A stretch of 41,487 nt of DNA from a virus, in IMG/VR virus record IMGVR_UViG_3300022746_000007; one strand, given 5' to 3'. Below are positions 8,497-17,294 of this stretch, piece by piece. A program made the translations under genes and the position numbers. The notes under the pieces were generated by a model. The model searched no databases. It worked only from the letters and a program-made list of their open reading frames with translations, and was not told the DNA's origin. How positions within the stretch are numbered: position 1 is the stretch's first letter; each line of letters begins with the position of its first letter.

Positions 8497-10884
8497 TTAC
8501 CTCGATGCTGGCAAGCCACGACTTGCTGATTGATTAGCTGCAAATACAGCATTTTTATTACTTGCCAAAGCTTGAGCAAATGACTGAGTATCAATTGCAT
8601 TGATATTGTAATTGTTTACAACAGTAGAGCCACCCATCATATCTGAAACTTGGTTATTAGGAATAATTGTTCCTGAAGTATTTGGAATAAATAATTCAGC
8701 ACCACGCTCACCTACAATAGAGGGGGAATTAGCAGGTAGACTACCACCAGTAGCATTAGTTTTTAATCCAAATGACGGAAAACTAGCTCCACTTGTTAAA
8801 AAATCAGTACCAGATTGACCGCTTGAAAATAATCCACTTAGGAAATTACCTGCTCCACCTAACATTTTAAGCATTTGAGCTTTTGCATAAATAGCAAAGA
8901 TGTCTAGGATTACAGACTTAGTAAAATCTTTAAATGCAAATTTTCCTGTCTTAACAAATGTTTCAACAGCATTAGCCATACTATTAAATACAGAATCATG
9001 AACATTCTTTAATAATTTTAATTGTTCACCTAGACCGATAACATTTTCTCTTTGCTTGCCAAGGCTTTCTTGTCTTTGTTTAAGGGCTTCTTTTTCTGTA
9101 TCTGTTAAGCCACTAGCCTTCATAATATCAGCAATATTTTTTTCTGTTTCCAATTTAGCCATTGCAATTTGCAAATCGGTATCAGATAAGGCAATATTTT
9201 TCTGATATAACTCTAGCTTTTCTCTTTCTTTATCAATAGATAATTGTTCAGCAGACTGTCTATCTTCAAATGTTTTCTTTTGCTGACGATTTAATTCTTC
9301 TTTTTGAGCTTGACCAGCAGATTCAATAGCTTGAACTTTCTCTAAGAACGCTTTGTATTCTTGAGGAAGTAATCCCGTACCTTTGTCTTTAATTTGTTTA
9401 TCAAAATCAATAGCAGCTTGAGCAAGCTTTCTTCTTGTCTCTAGTTCTATCTTCTCTTGTTGAGAAGCACCAGCCTCAAGAATATTGATTCTATCATCAA
9501 CAGCTTGTTTTACTGATTCTGTCTGTAATGCTAACTCTCTTTCGAATCCACCAGCCTTTTTATGTCTTTCAATAGCTTCAGATTCTTTTGCAGCTTTCGC
9601 AGCAGCAGCTTCAGCATCAGCAGCATCTTTCTGTAAATCAGCAACAGCTTTAGCAATATCAGTTTTTAAAGCATTTACATTTGCTTGATTTAAACCTTTG
9701 ACATTTGCCATTTCAGCATATTTAAGCTGCATTAACAAATCTGTTACTTTATCTGCTTTGGTCTGAGGTGCGCCAATCTTTTGCATACCATCAACGACTT
9801 CACTTACAAAGCCTTTGATGTTTCTCCATAATTTCTCAATTGAACCTAGGCGTTCATCATATTTCTTTAATGAATCATTGAAAGCATCAGCACCAGCTTT
9901 AGCTGCTAATTGATATTGACCTTGTTTATCTAATTGCTCTAGATATTTATATTGAGATAATGTTAGGAAGTGATACTTTTGATTCAAGGAATCAATTGAA
10001 GATATGCTTCCATTAAATGCAGGAATTAAGTCTTTTGCAACAACATCAGCAGATTCACCAGATAATTTACTAACTCTAGCAATAGCTTCAGCTACAGAAG
10101 ACATTGATTCTTGAGTAAACTTACCAGAAGCTACTAAAGCACCAAAGATTGTCTTAGATTCACCAATAGTTGTATTTAATTTTGTAGATAAAGCAAGAGC
10201 AAGACCATTAAATGAATCTCTAGTAACCCCTGCATATCCATTAGTTAAAATTAAATCATCTCTTAACCTAACAAATGCTTCATGCCCTTTATAGGCTTCA
10301 TAAGCAAGAGTTCCAACTACAGCAGCTACAGCACCTAATCCAACTCTTAATGGTGTCAATACTTGCTTGAAAGCATTAAACACATTAGTAATACCGCCAA
10401 ACTGGTCTTTTAATTGACCACCTTGTTGCAATAGAACAAGCATTGGATTCTGACCGCCAGCTAGTGATGTGATGATGTCAGTAGTCTGATAGCTAAGAGC
10501 TTGAAGTTGATAAGGTGTTAATCCAGCCTTTTGACCAGCAGCATTTAATTGGGCTGTCTTTAATTTACCAGCCTTCTCAGCAGCTAAGTCATAAGCAGCA
10601 GCAGCTTTTAATACTTCATTCTTTAATTCTTGAGTTGCCTTTGATAACTTATAAGTAGGGTCATTCATTTCCCTAGTAACTTTAGCTACCGCAGTTAATG
10701 GTGTTTCTAAATCTTGTGCTGCATAAGTTAATTTAACAATTTCATTCTGGGCTGCAGTTGCACCTGCCTTAATCTCCCGACCCATCTTTTTTGTTTCTTC
10801 AATGGCTTTACTTACACCCTTTTCGAGTTCGGCAACATCCATCCCCATTACAATGCCTAGGCGTGATAAATATTGATTAGCCAT
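8497..10884 (-). CDS. Tape measure protein (795 aa)
   Basis: Long Ala/Lys/Glu/Gln-rich coiled-coil-like ORF downstream of the chaperone pair, with a Gly-rich C-terminal part. At the rule-of-thumb ~0.15 nm per residue this suggests a tail of about 120 nm. Confidence 0.85.
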   Translation of the reverse strand: MANQYLSRLGIVMGMDVAELEKGVSKAIEETKKMGREIKAGATAAQNEIVKLTYAAQDLETPLTAVAKVTREMNDPTYKLSKATQELKNEVLKAAAAYDLAAEKAGKLKTAQLNAAGQKAGLTPYQLQALSYQTTDIITSLAGGQNPMLVLLQQGGQLKDQFGGITNVFNAFKQVLTPLRVGLGAVAAVVGTLAYEAYKGHEAFVRLRDDLILTNGYAGVTRDSFNGLALALSTKLNTTIGESKTIFGALVASGKFTQESMSSVAEAIARVSKLSGESADVVAKDLIPAFNGSISSIDSLNQKYHFLTLSQYKYLEQLDKQGQYQLAAKAGADAFNDSLKKYDERLGSIEKLWRNIKGFVSEVVDGMQKIGAPQTKADKVTDLLMQLKYAEMANVKGLNQANVNALKTDIAKAVADLQKDAADAEAAAAKAAKESEAIERHKKAGGFERELALQTESVKQAVDDRINILEAGASQQEKIELETRRKLAQAAIDFDKQIKDKGTGLLPQEYKAFLEKVQAIESAGQAQKEELNRQQKKTFEDRQSAEQLSIDKEREKLELYQKNIALSDTDLQIAMAKLETEKNIADIMKASGLTDTEKEALKQRQESLGKQRENVIGLGEQLKLLKNVHDSVFNSMANAVETFVKTGKFAFKDFTKSVILDIFAIYAKAQMLKMLGGAGNFLSGLFSSGQSGTDFLTSGASFPSFGLKTNATGGSLPANSPSIVGERGAELFIPNTSGTIIPNNQVSDMMGGSTVVNNYNINAIDTQSFAQALASNKNAVFAANQSASRGLPASR

Positions 10885-11384
10885 TATTTGAATCCTTTAT
10901 ATCTGCTTAACTTAGCTAAATAAACAGGTAGTGTTTCCTCTATTTTAGATTTTAATATAGATGTAACTTTATCGATATGAAAATCAAACGCATCCCTAAT
11001 AAAAGGATGCGGTGGAGTTCTAGCATTGCCAAATTCTTGAGATAAAGATACAGCAGACTTTTTAACAGTTACAGTAGCAATATAAGCATCGGTATCCCTA
11101 ACAAGAGAAGACCTTTTATCAGATTCATTAGGGAATCTAGCATCTATTTTTGCAGTATCTCGTAAATGTGGTTTTTCTTTGCCATGAGCATCTAGATTTG
11201 ATTTTCTATGAGTATCATAGGGAGCATCTGTTTGAACCTGCAATAATACAGGCTCTAATGCAGCAGTCATCGCTGGCTTAAATACATTTTTAGCCAATAA
11301 ATCTGGTCTTTTTACAGTTTGAGAGATTTCTAGAAGGGTATCTTCTAGTTCTTTAAATCCCTCAAGTGTGTAATAAACGCCCAT
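10884..11384 (-). CDS. HK97 gp10-family head-tail joining protein, in an atypical position
   Basis: MGVYYTLEGFKELEDTL..., DAPYDT and LSQEFGNARTPPHPFIRDAF match the gp10-family pattern (EfGt...PF..pA). Confidence 0.5.
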   Translation of the reverse strand: MGVYYTLEGFKELEDTLLEISQTVKRPDLLAKNVFKPAMTAALEPVLLQVQTDAPYDTHRKSNLDAHGKEKPHLRDTAKIDARFPNESDKRSSLVRDTDAYIATVTVKKSAVSLSQEFGNARTPPHPFIRDAFDFHIDKVTSILKSKIEETLPVYLAKLSRYKGFK

Positions 11385-11385
11385 A

Positions 11386-12179
11386 TCAACCCGATTTTTT
11401 TGGATGGAATTTCATATATGATAATAGATTTCTCTGTAATTGTTCAGCTTTTTCCTCATCAGTTAAAGGTGGAACAATATAATCATGAGACATCGGGATT
11501 ATCTGTTCCATCCTATAAGGAGTAGAGCCTTGTTTTATCTTAGAATTAAGATTTCCAGTAGCAAATGCACTTAGAGCTACCAGCATACCTCTATTCCCAA
11601 TCAAGCCATCGTGATACATCAATTCAATATTGACCATATCATCTGATGATATATCTTCAGGACACCCACCATGAGCAAGAATATAAGCCCTTGCTTGAGA
11701 GCGAATGTCCCTAATTAGTTTTTTCGAGCATCCCTATAATTAGGTTCAATCGCTTCACTAATCTTTTCCACAATTTCTAATTGAAGCTGTAAAGGTAACT
11801 CTGATTCAATATCTTCATAGGTAAAGTCTTCAGAAGAACCGTCTTCTGGAATAAGCATTTGGAAGTATTTGAGAATACGCTTTTCCATACGCAATACAGC
11901 AGAAACAGTTTCTTTTGCTGACATACCATCAATAATGACATCATCTTCTTTTAATTCAATGCCTTCAATCTGTTCTTCAGCAACACTCTTCCTGAAAACT
12001 TCTGTCATCTTCTCATATCTGCTGTTAATTTCAGCTTCATCAAGTTCAATGATACTTTTATCAATTACCAGTTTTTCATTAGAAGTTGGAACTCTTACTG
12101 TGAATTTATTACCTTTGATTTCAAAAGTCTTTGTGCGAATTGCGTCATTGAATCCAAACTTTGATGATAATTTTGTCAT
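11386..12179 (-). CDS. Tail assembly chaperone frameshift product (gpGT-like, ~264 aa) made by -1 slippage at 11718-11724
   Basis: After a -1 shift the reading continues CTA ATT AGG GAC ATT CGC ... GAT GAT ATG GTC AAT with no stop. It is in the same frame as listed ORF 11386..11637 (both have codon low ends = 1 mod 3). Confidence 0.65.
11715..12179 (-). CDS. Tail assembly chaperone (gpG-like, 154 aa)
   Basis: Acidic ORF upstream of the tape measure that ends in the slippery heptamer A AAA AAC immediately before its stop codon. Confidence 0.7.
   Translation of the reverse strand: MTKLSSKFGFNDAIRTKTFEIKGNKFTVRVPTSNEKLVIDKSIIELDEAEINSRYEKMTEVFRKSVAEEQIEGIELKEDDVIIDGMSAKETVSAVLRMEKRILKYFQMLIPEDGSSEDFTYEDIESELPLQLQLEIVEKISEAIEPNYRDARKN
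11718..11724 (-). promoter_or_regulatory. Programmed -1 ribosomal frameshift slippery site A AAA AAC
   Basis: Plus strand gtttttt at 11718-11724 is AAAAAAC on the minus strand. The zero-frame codons are CGA AAA AAC TAA, which is the X XXY YYZ arrangement. Confidence 0.65.
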
Positions 12180-12180
12180 G

Positions 12181-12417
12181 TTAGCCTTTTACTATTGTGT
12201 TATAGATGTCGTTGTTTAATTGATTTACATAGGTTACAACCGCTTCTGGGGTCATAACAGGTGCGTGAAGCCTAGCTATTTCATAAGCTAGGTTCATCTT
12301 CACAATTTTTTGAGCGTGGAAAGTAAACCAGTTCTTTTCATTAGTACCAGCCAATTCCCACAATAAATCTAGTAATTGATTACTGTTCTGTATCTGTATT
12401 TGCTTTGACTGTGTCAT
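12181..12417 (-). CDS. Hypothetical protein (78 aa)
   Basis: ORF between the major tail and chaperone genes. Confidence 0.45.
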   Translation of the reverse strand: MTQSKQIQIQNSNQLLDLLWELAGTNEKNWFTFHAQKIVKMNLAYEIARLHAPVMTPEAVVTYVNQLNNDIYNTIVKG

Positions 12418-12616
12418 TTTGTTTTGTCTTTGTAGGTTTTGTGTAAGGATTGTATTTTGCTAGAACAGTTAATGCAACAAATTCTACTGTATCAGGAGTA
12501 GCCAATGCCAAAGCATCAGCCACTTCTTTACCATCAACTACCAAGCCTTGAGCAACAGAATCAAGGCTTGAATAAGTTGTCACCAATGTTTCAATTGCTT
12601 GGGCTAATGTAGTCAT
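12380..12616 (-). CDS. Hypothetical protein (78 aa)
   Basis: TAATG junction with the major tail gene stop at 12616. Confidence 0.45.
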   Translation of the reverse strand: MTTLAQAIETLVTTYSSLDSVAQGLVVDGKEVADALALATPDTVEFVALTVLAKYNPYTKPTKTKQNDTVKANTDTEQ

Positions 12617-13134
12617 TATGTGTTACTCCATCCATACTGGTTTCCACGAGGATGTACTGTAAATACACATTTCGCTTCAGCATTTGGCTGTGAATCAATC
12701 TTGAATTCAGATACACGACCATTGAAAGCATAAGCTTGGGTACTTGTGCCATCTACAGATGTAACTACAAATGTACGGTCAATAGAACCAGATTGTGAAT
12801 CAGAACGAATCAAGGCTAATGCTGCATCGCTTGGATTCCAAGGAGCAGTAATAGTCATAGATGTAGGTGCTGACTGAACTGGAATCTTGTCTGATTGACG
12901 AGAGCCTGCAACAGAGAATGAAGCGACAGCATCATCTTGTCCGAATGGTGGTACAGCTTCCACATTTAATTGGATACCTGCTGAACCAGTACCATTAGCA
13001 GCTACACCTGCAATGTTACCTACTTGACCAGTCCATACTGACAAGTTAGCAGTTGAAAGAGCAGTTGGATTAGAACCTGTTTGCATCCATAGGGATGCGG
13101 TCATTCCTGCTAAGATTTTATTTGGTGCTGTCAT
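12616..13134 (-). CDS. Major tail protein paralogue B (172 aa)
   Basis: Position after the neck genes. Shares PNKILAGMTAS, FGQDDAVA.F.VAGSRQSDKIPVQSAPTSMTITAPWNPSDA and SEFK.DSQPNAEAK.VFT.HPRGN.YGWSN with the adjacent ORF. Confidence 0.7.
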   Translation of the reverse strand: MTAPNKILAGMTASLWMQTGSNPTALSTANLSVWTGQVGNIAGVAANGTGSAGIQLNVEAVPPFGQDDAVASFSVAGSRQSDKIPVQSAPTSMTITAPWNPSDAALALIRSDSQSGSIDRTFVVTSVDGTSTQAYAFNGRVSEFKIDSQPNAEAKCVFTVHPRGNQYGWSNT

Positions 13135-13147
13135 TTCTTACTCCTAA

Positions 13148-13645
13148 TTAAGCGTTGTTAGACCAACCGTACATATTGCCACGAGGGTGCAATGTAAATA
13201 CAGCTTTAGCTTCAGCGTTAGGCTGAGAATCAACTTTGAACTCAGATGCTCTAGCATTGAAAGCATAATATTGAATGTTTGTGCCGTCAGTTGCAGCAAC
13301 TACATAAGTTCTTTCTGTAGATGAAATGCTTTCAGCATCAGCACGAACTTGAAGAATATTTGCATCACTTGGATTCCAAGGTGCTGTAATAGTCATTGAA
13401 GTTGGAGCAGATTGAACTGGAATCTTATCACTTTGACGAGAACCAGCTACAGTAAAGTTAGCTACAGCATCATCTTGACCAAATGCAGGTACAGCTTCAA
13501 TGTTCAACAAGTTACCAGATACAGCGATTGCTGATACATTGGCTAATGTAGACAATTGAGCAAGAGTTAAAGGTGTTGGAGTAGCTGAAGGCTGCATATA
13601 CATTGATGCAGTCATACCTGCTAAGATTTTATTTGGGATACCCAT
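13148..13645 (-). CDS. Major tail protein paralogue A (165 aa)
   Basis: As above; first tail gene after the head-tail joining genes. Confidence 0.7.
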   Translation of the reverse strand: MGIPNKILAGMTASMYMQPSATPTPLTLAQLSTLANVSAIAVSGNLLNIEAVPAFGQDDAVANFTVAGSRQSDKIPVQSAPTSMTITAPWNPSDANILQVRADAESISSTERTYVVAATDGTNIQYYAFNARASEFKVDSQPNAEAKAVFTLHPRGNMYGWSNNA

Positions 13646-13683
13646 TTTAGATTCCTCGATTAAAAAAATTAATAAACATTATC

Positions 13684-14100
13684 TTATGTTGAGATATAAA
13701 GCGTACAGTCTAAAGATATTTGCTGTAAACCCAAATCGTTATCGTATGTTGCATAGTGCATATATACATCTGCTTTAGCTACCTCTATTAGACCACCAAA
13801 AAGACCTGAATAGCCATGTAGTGATTGTAGCAAATCATTTGTTAAAGTTAAAGCGACATCACTATCTACATGGAATATAGAGATTTGGAATACAGGAGTA
13901 TCAATTCCCTTATTATTTTGATTCTGCCCTGTATATACAGGCTGATGAACTGCTCTAAGTTGCCAAGTCACAAAACCTGTCTCTGCTTCCAAGAATTCCT
14001 GTCTATTGAAGTTCTGATAAACAGGAAACTCCTCTCCAAATATAGATTTGAGTTGGGCTTGGATAGCTTGTGCATATATGGCTGGATTCTGTTGGCTCAT
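13684..14100 (-). CDS. Tail completion / neck protein candidate (138 aa)
   Basis: Lies between the adaptor and major tail genes; overlapping stop/start with the upstream ORF. Confidence 0.4.
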   Translation of the reverse strand: MSQQNPAIYAQAIQAQLKSIFGEEFPVYQNFNRQEFLEAETGFVTWQLRAVHQPVYTGQNQNNKGIDTPVFQISIFHVDSDVALTLTNDLLQSLHGYSGLFGGLIEVAKADVYMHYATYDNDLGLQQISLDCTLYIST

Positions 14101-14444
14101 GCTGGCACTTTCGGGTCTACTCTATAGCACATTAAAGTAATACTTAATCTATCATTAGCTTCACGAACATCAGTAATACGCCATTCATTGCCATTCCAAT
14201 CAATACTGTAATCAGGCTGATTATTCACAACATCTCGAGCAAATGGTGTGTAATTAATCACAAAATTGACTAAATCGGTATAAGCACGATACTTCTCAGT
14301 TGTTCTAAGACTGTTAGCAACATCTTTCACCCTAGCTCTGGTATCGAATAGTTTGGTCTTTGTAGTCTTGTATTGACCATACGAATTAACACTCTTAACC
14401 AGAGTATTAATCGTAATATTTTCGAACCGTTCAATTCCACTCAT
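14097..14444 (-). CDS. Head-tail adaptor (head-tail joining family) candidate
   Basis: 115 aa with the pattern R..I.I...YGQ....LFDTRARV......RITDV....RLSITLMC typical of the family; position. Confidence 0.5.
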   Translation of the reverse strand: MSGIERFENITINTLVKSVNSYGQYKTTKTKLFDTRARVKDVANSLRTTEKYRAYTDLVNFVINYTPFARDVVNNQPDYSIDWNGNEWRITDVREANDRLSITLMCYRVDPKVPA

Positions 14445-15046
14445 AGAGTAGCTGTCCTGTACTTAGTCAATAAGCGTAAGAATCCATAAGGAATCTCTTT
14501 TTTGTTAGCCATATCTGTATCAGAACGATTATTGTACCAATGGGTCAAAATCAATAACATCGCTTGTCTGATACGCTCCACATTCATATCTTCAGTAGCA
14601 CCATAAAGAATACTGTCATAAGTAATCTGAACAGGAGCAGTCCTTACTGAACTCAATGCTGCTGGGAAAGCTTGACCATTTCTAGTTCTAAGTAAAATAG
14701 GGTTTACAGTAGTATCAACTAAGTAAATAGATGGGTCTAATGTCTGTAATATGTCATGCTCATCCCAATATTTAACAACTAAATTGCTAATATTAGGCTG
14801 TGGAATAGCCATACCAGTTTGATTGAAGCGTAGATAGTTACATTGTGTTGTAACTGTTTCCAAATATTGACCAATATAGTCTTCTACAAGTTCTTGAGCT
14901 ACACCACATAGACCTTCTAAATAAGTGTCCTGAGATGTATCACCAAACAAGTTTACTTGGTTACGAGCATCTGCAACAGGCAAATAAGAAGGCAATGGTC
15001 TATCCAATATCTTCTGTTGAACTGGGAGAATTGCTGTATCAATCAT
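14441..15046 (-). CDS. Head-tail connector (gp6-like) candidate
   Basis: First ORF after the capsid gene; 201 aa; synteny with HK97-like head modules. Confidence 0.5.
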   Translation of the reverse strand: MIDTAILPVQQKILDRPLPSYLPVADARNQVNLFGDTSQDTYLEGLCGVAQELVEDYIGQYLETVTTQCNYLRFNQTGMAIPQPNISNLVVKYWDEHDILQTLDPSIYLVDTTVNPILLRTRNGQAFPAALSSVRTAPVQITYDSILYGATEDMNVERIRQAMLLILTHWYNNRSDTDMANKKEIPYGFLRLLTKYRTATL

Positions 15047-15070
15047 TGTATCCCCTTAATATACTTTCCA

Positions 15071-15089
15071 ATGCTCCTTGTGGGAGCAT
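15071..15089 (-). promoter_or_regulatory. Stem-loop just downstream of the major capsid gene (7-bp stem, 5-nt loop)
   Basis: atgctcc ttgtg ggagcat. It lies ~19 nt after the capsid stop on the minus strand and has no U-tract, so it more likely affects mRNA stability or attenuates than acts as a full terminator. Confidence 0.35.
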
Positions 15090-15107
15090 CAGAAAGCATA
15101 CTAACTA

Positions 15108-16487
15108 TTAAACTTCGCCAGTAAACTCTAGTGTTACACCAGCTTGTACATCGTATACCAATGTGTTCAAACGACCACGGATGTAGAATGTCAAGTAGCC
15201 CAATTTTGTGATTGGAGTAGTTGTCAAAGTAGCCATCATACGGTCATAGATACGGAACAAGCGTGTCTTGCTACCGATAACACCGAAACGAACACGGTCA
15301 CCAGCAGAGAATGTTGGTGCATACCACTCTTCGTAAACATCGATACCTAAGAACTTACCTACATAAGCTGGCATACCAGCAGCAGGAGCGTTGTTTTGTA
15401 ACAATGTTTCTGTGAACAATGGGCGACCAAACGCATCAACCAAGCTACGAACTTGTTGAAGAGCTTGTGAGCTAAGAACCCAGCAAAGGTCATTACGATA
15501 AACAGGGCGTAATGCGTAGATAGCAGAGATGAACTTCTGATAAGTAGCGTTAGCACCAGTTAAAGTCTTAGGCGTACCTGCTGCTGTATTAGGGTCTTGA
15601 ACTTGACCACCAGCCAATGCTGTTTCTAATGTTGCACCAGCAAAGTCAATACGCTTCAACTGGATAGCACCAGTACCAGAATCGATAGATGCTGAAGTAC
15701 CAGATGGAGTAGCTGTCAAGTTGAACAAGCCATTGATGTTACCGTTAGAGCCAGAACCAGTACCGTCACCATTAGCCAAACCAATAGCTACAGTTTGAGC
15801 AGCAGCCATGTACAAGTCTTCGCTGAATGTTGATAACAATGTACCGTTGTCGCTTAGTACATCTTCACCAATCCAGTTTGTACCTTCGTAACGCTTGAAG
15901 TTTACTGTACGCTCAACGATTGCTTGGTCACCCACATTGGCTGGCTGGTTATAACCCCAACCGATACCTTGGTTAGCGTAACCGCTTGTATCTGAACTAC
16001 CTACTAATGTAGGAACTACCAAGTTTGCTGAACCAACAACTTGATTCAAGAAAGCTTGACGGATACCTGAAGGCTGACGCATATAAGCGAAAGTTGGGTC
16101 TACAGGGCGTGGAGAACCTTGGTCTAAACCAGAGCCAACCAAACCAGTAGACTTGTTGAACAATTTAATGCTCATTTCAGTCTCTTTACCTGTCTCTTTA
16201 GCTTGTTTAGCTAATTCAACAATCTCTTGACCCATCTTTTCAAAGAAAGGAGCTTCTGGCTGTGCAGATTTACCTGCTTCGATGTCCTTACGGTTCTTCT
16301 CGATATACTCTTCTAGAGCAACCATCTTAGAACGCAAAGTACCGATTTCTTCAGTCTTAGCAAATTCTTTTAAAGATTCTTCAACAGTAGCAAGTACATC
16401 GCCTTTAACAGACTTTGATACTTCTTTTACCGCTTCTTCGGCAGCAGCTTTTACGCCTGCCAATACTTCTTGTTTTAAATCAGACAT
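15108..16487 (-). CDS. Major capsid protein, HK97 fold, with an N-terminal delta (scaffold) domain
   Basis: 459 aa directly after the prohead protease. The first ~110 aa are a coiled-coil-like Lys/Glu/Ala segment, and the remainder looks like typical capsid protein sequence. Confidence 0.8.
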   Translation of the reverse strand: MSDLKQEVLAGVKAAAEEAVKEVSKSVKGDVLATVEESLKEFAKTEEIGTLRSKMVALEEYIEKNRKDIEAGKSAQPEAPFFEKMGQEIVELAKQAKETGKETEMSIKLFNKSTGLVGSGLDQGSPRPVDPTFAYMRQPSGIRQAFLNQVVGSANLVVPTLVGSSDTSGYANQGIGWGYNQPANVGDQAIVERTVNFKRYEGTNWIGEDVLSDNGTLLSTFSEDLYMAAAQTVAIGLANGDGTGSGSNGNINGLFNLTATPSGTSASIDSGTGAIQLKRIDFAGATLETALAGGQVQDPNTAAGTPKTLTGANATYQKFISAIYALRPVYRNDLCWVLSSQALQQVRSLVDAFGRPLFTETLLQNNAPAAGMPAYVGKFLGIDVYEEWYAPTFSAGDRVRFGVIGSKTRLFRIYDRMMATLTTTPITKLGYLTFYIRGRLNTLVYDVQAGVTLEFTGEV

Positions 16488-16490
16488 GAT

Positions 16491-17294
16491 TTAGTTCCCT
16501 TTTAAAGATTTAATAATGTCTCTTAGTTCAGCATCAGCTTTAAGCTGTTCCAAGAGTTTTTTGGCTTCCATCTCTTCATTTGGAGCTTGGTCTTCAGTTG
16601 TGTCTCCTGCTGGCATCTCACCAGATTCGTCATCATCTTCATCACTAACTTCAATATGAATCAACAGATAGTCCTTAAGTGCTGAAATAGCACTTTTTGC
16701 TTCTGAGCGAGATGCTCCAGCTTCACGCAGGGAACGCTCATATACTGCCAAGTTAATTGTGCCATCCTTATGTTTGGCAGTCTTAACATTGGTAATCTTT
16801 GCTGATGGCATTGCTGGATTAATCACAATTGATGTCTCTCTTAAAGTAATTTCATTGAATTTATATCCAACCCATCTATCTTCAGCAATAATATCTTCAT
16901 AATCGTTACTTGTAAAGCCAATTGAGAATCCACCAATAATTGAATTCTCATCTTTAGTCATTTTACGAACATCTTGACCTCTAGTTGTATCGTAAAACTT
17001 ACCATAACCGATTACGCCTTCCATTGTCTTCTCAAATTTAGTCCAATAACCGATTGGGTCTAGAGTAGAGTGCTGAAAATACATTGGAAGTGGTGTATCG
17101 TAAATACCTTGTCTCATCGTAGCGTTATAGCTATCAATGAACTTGTCTAGGGCTGACGGAACAATCACATCGCCTACCAAATCTGGTACGCCAAAAGTAG
17201 TAATCATTCCAGCAATATCATAATCAGGAGAATCTACTTCCTTCTTAATGAGCTTACCAGCAAAATCTTTAGTTACGATTTCTTTAGTGTTCAT
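16491..17294 (-). CDS. HK97-family prohead protease (S78-like) with an acidic C-terminal tail
   Basis: Lies between the portal and capsid genes. TTFGVPDLVGDVIVPSALDKF and PMYFQHS fit the family pattern. Confidence 0.7.
   Translation of the reverse strand: MNTKEIVTKDFAGKLIKKEVDSPDYDIAGMITTFGVPDLVGDVIVPSALDKFIDSYNATMRQGIYDTPLPMYFQHSTLDPIGYWTKFEKTMEGVIGYGKFYDTTRGQDVRKMTKDENSIIGGFSIGFTSNDYEDIIAEDRWVGYKFNEITLRETSIVINPAMPSAKITNVKTAKHKDGTINLAVYERSLREAGASRSEAKSAISALKDYLLIHIEVSDEDDDESGEMPAGDTTEDQAPNEEMEAKKLLEQLKADAELRDIIKSLKGN

Noticed and set aside
8612-9688. Plus-strand ORFs 8612..8818 and 9485..9688
   Set aside because: Antisense to the tape measure gene. The Ala/Ser-rich translation mirrors the Ala/Lys/Glu-rich sense strand.
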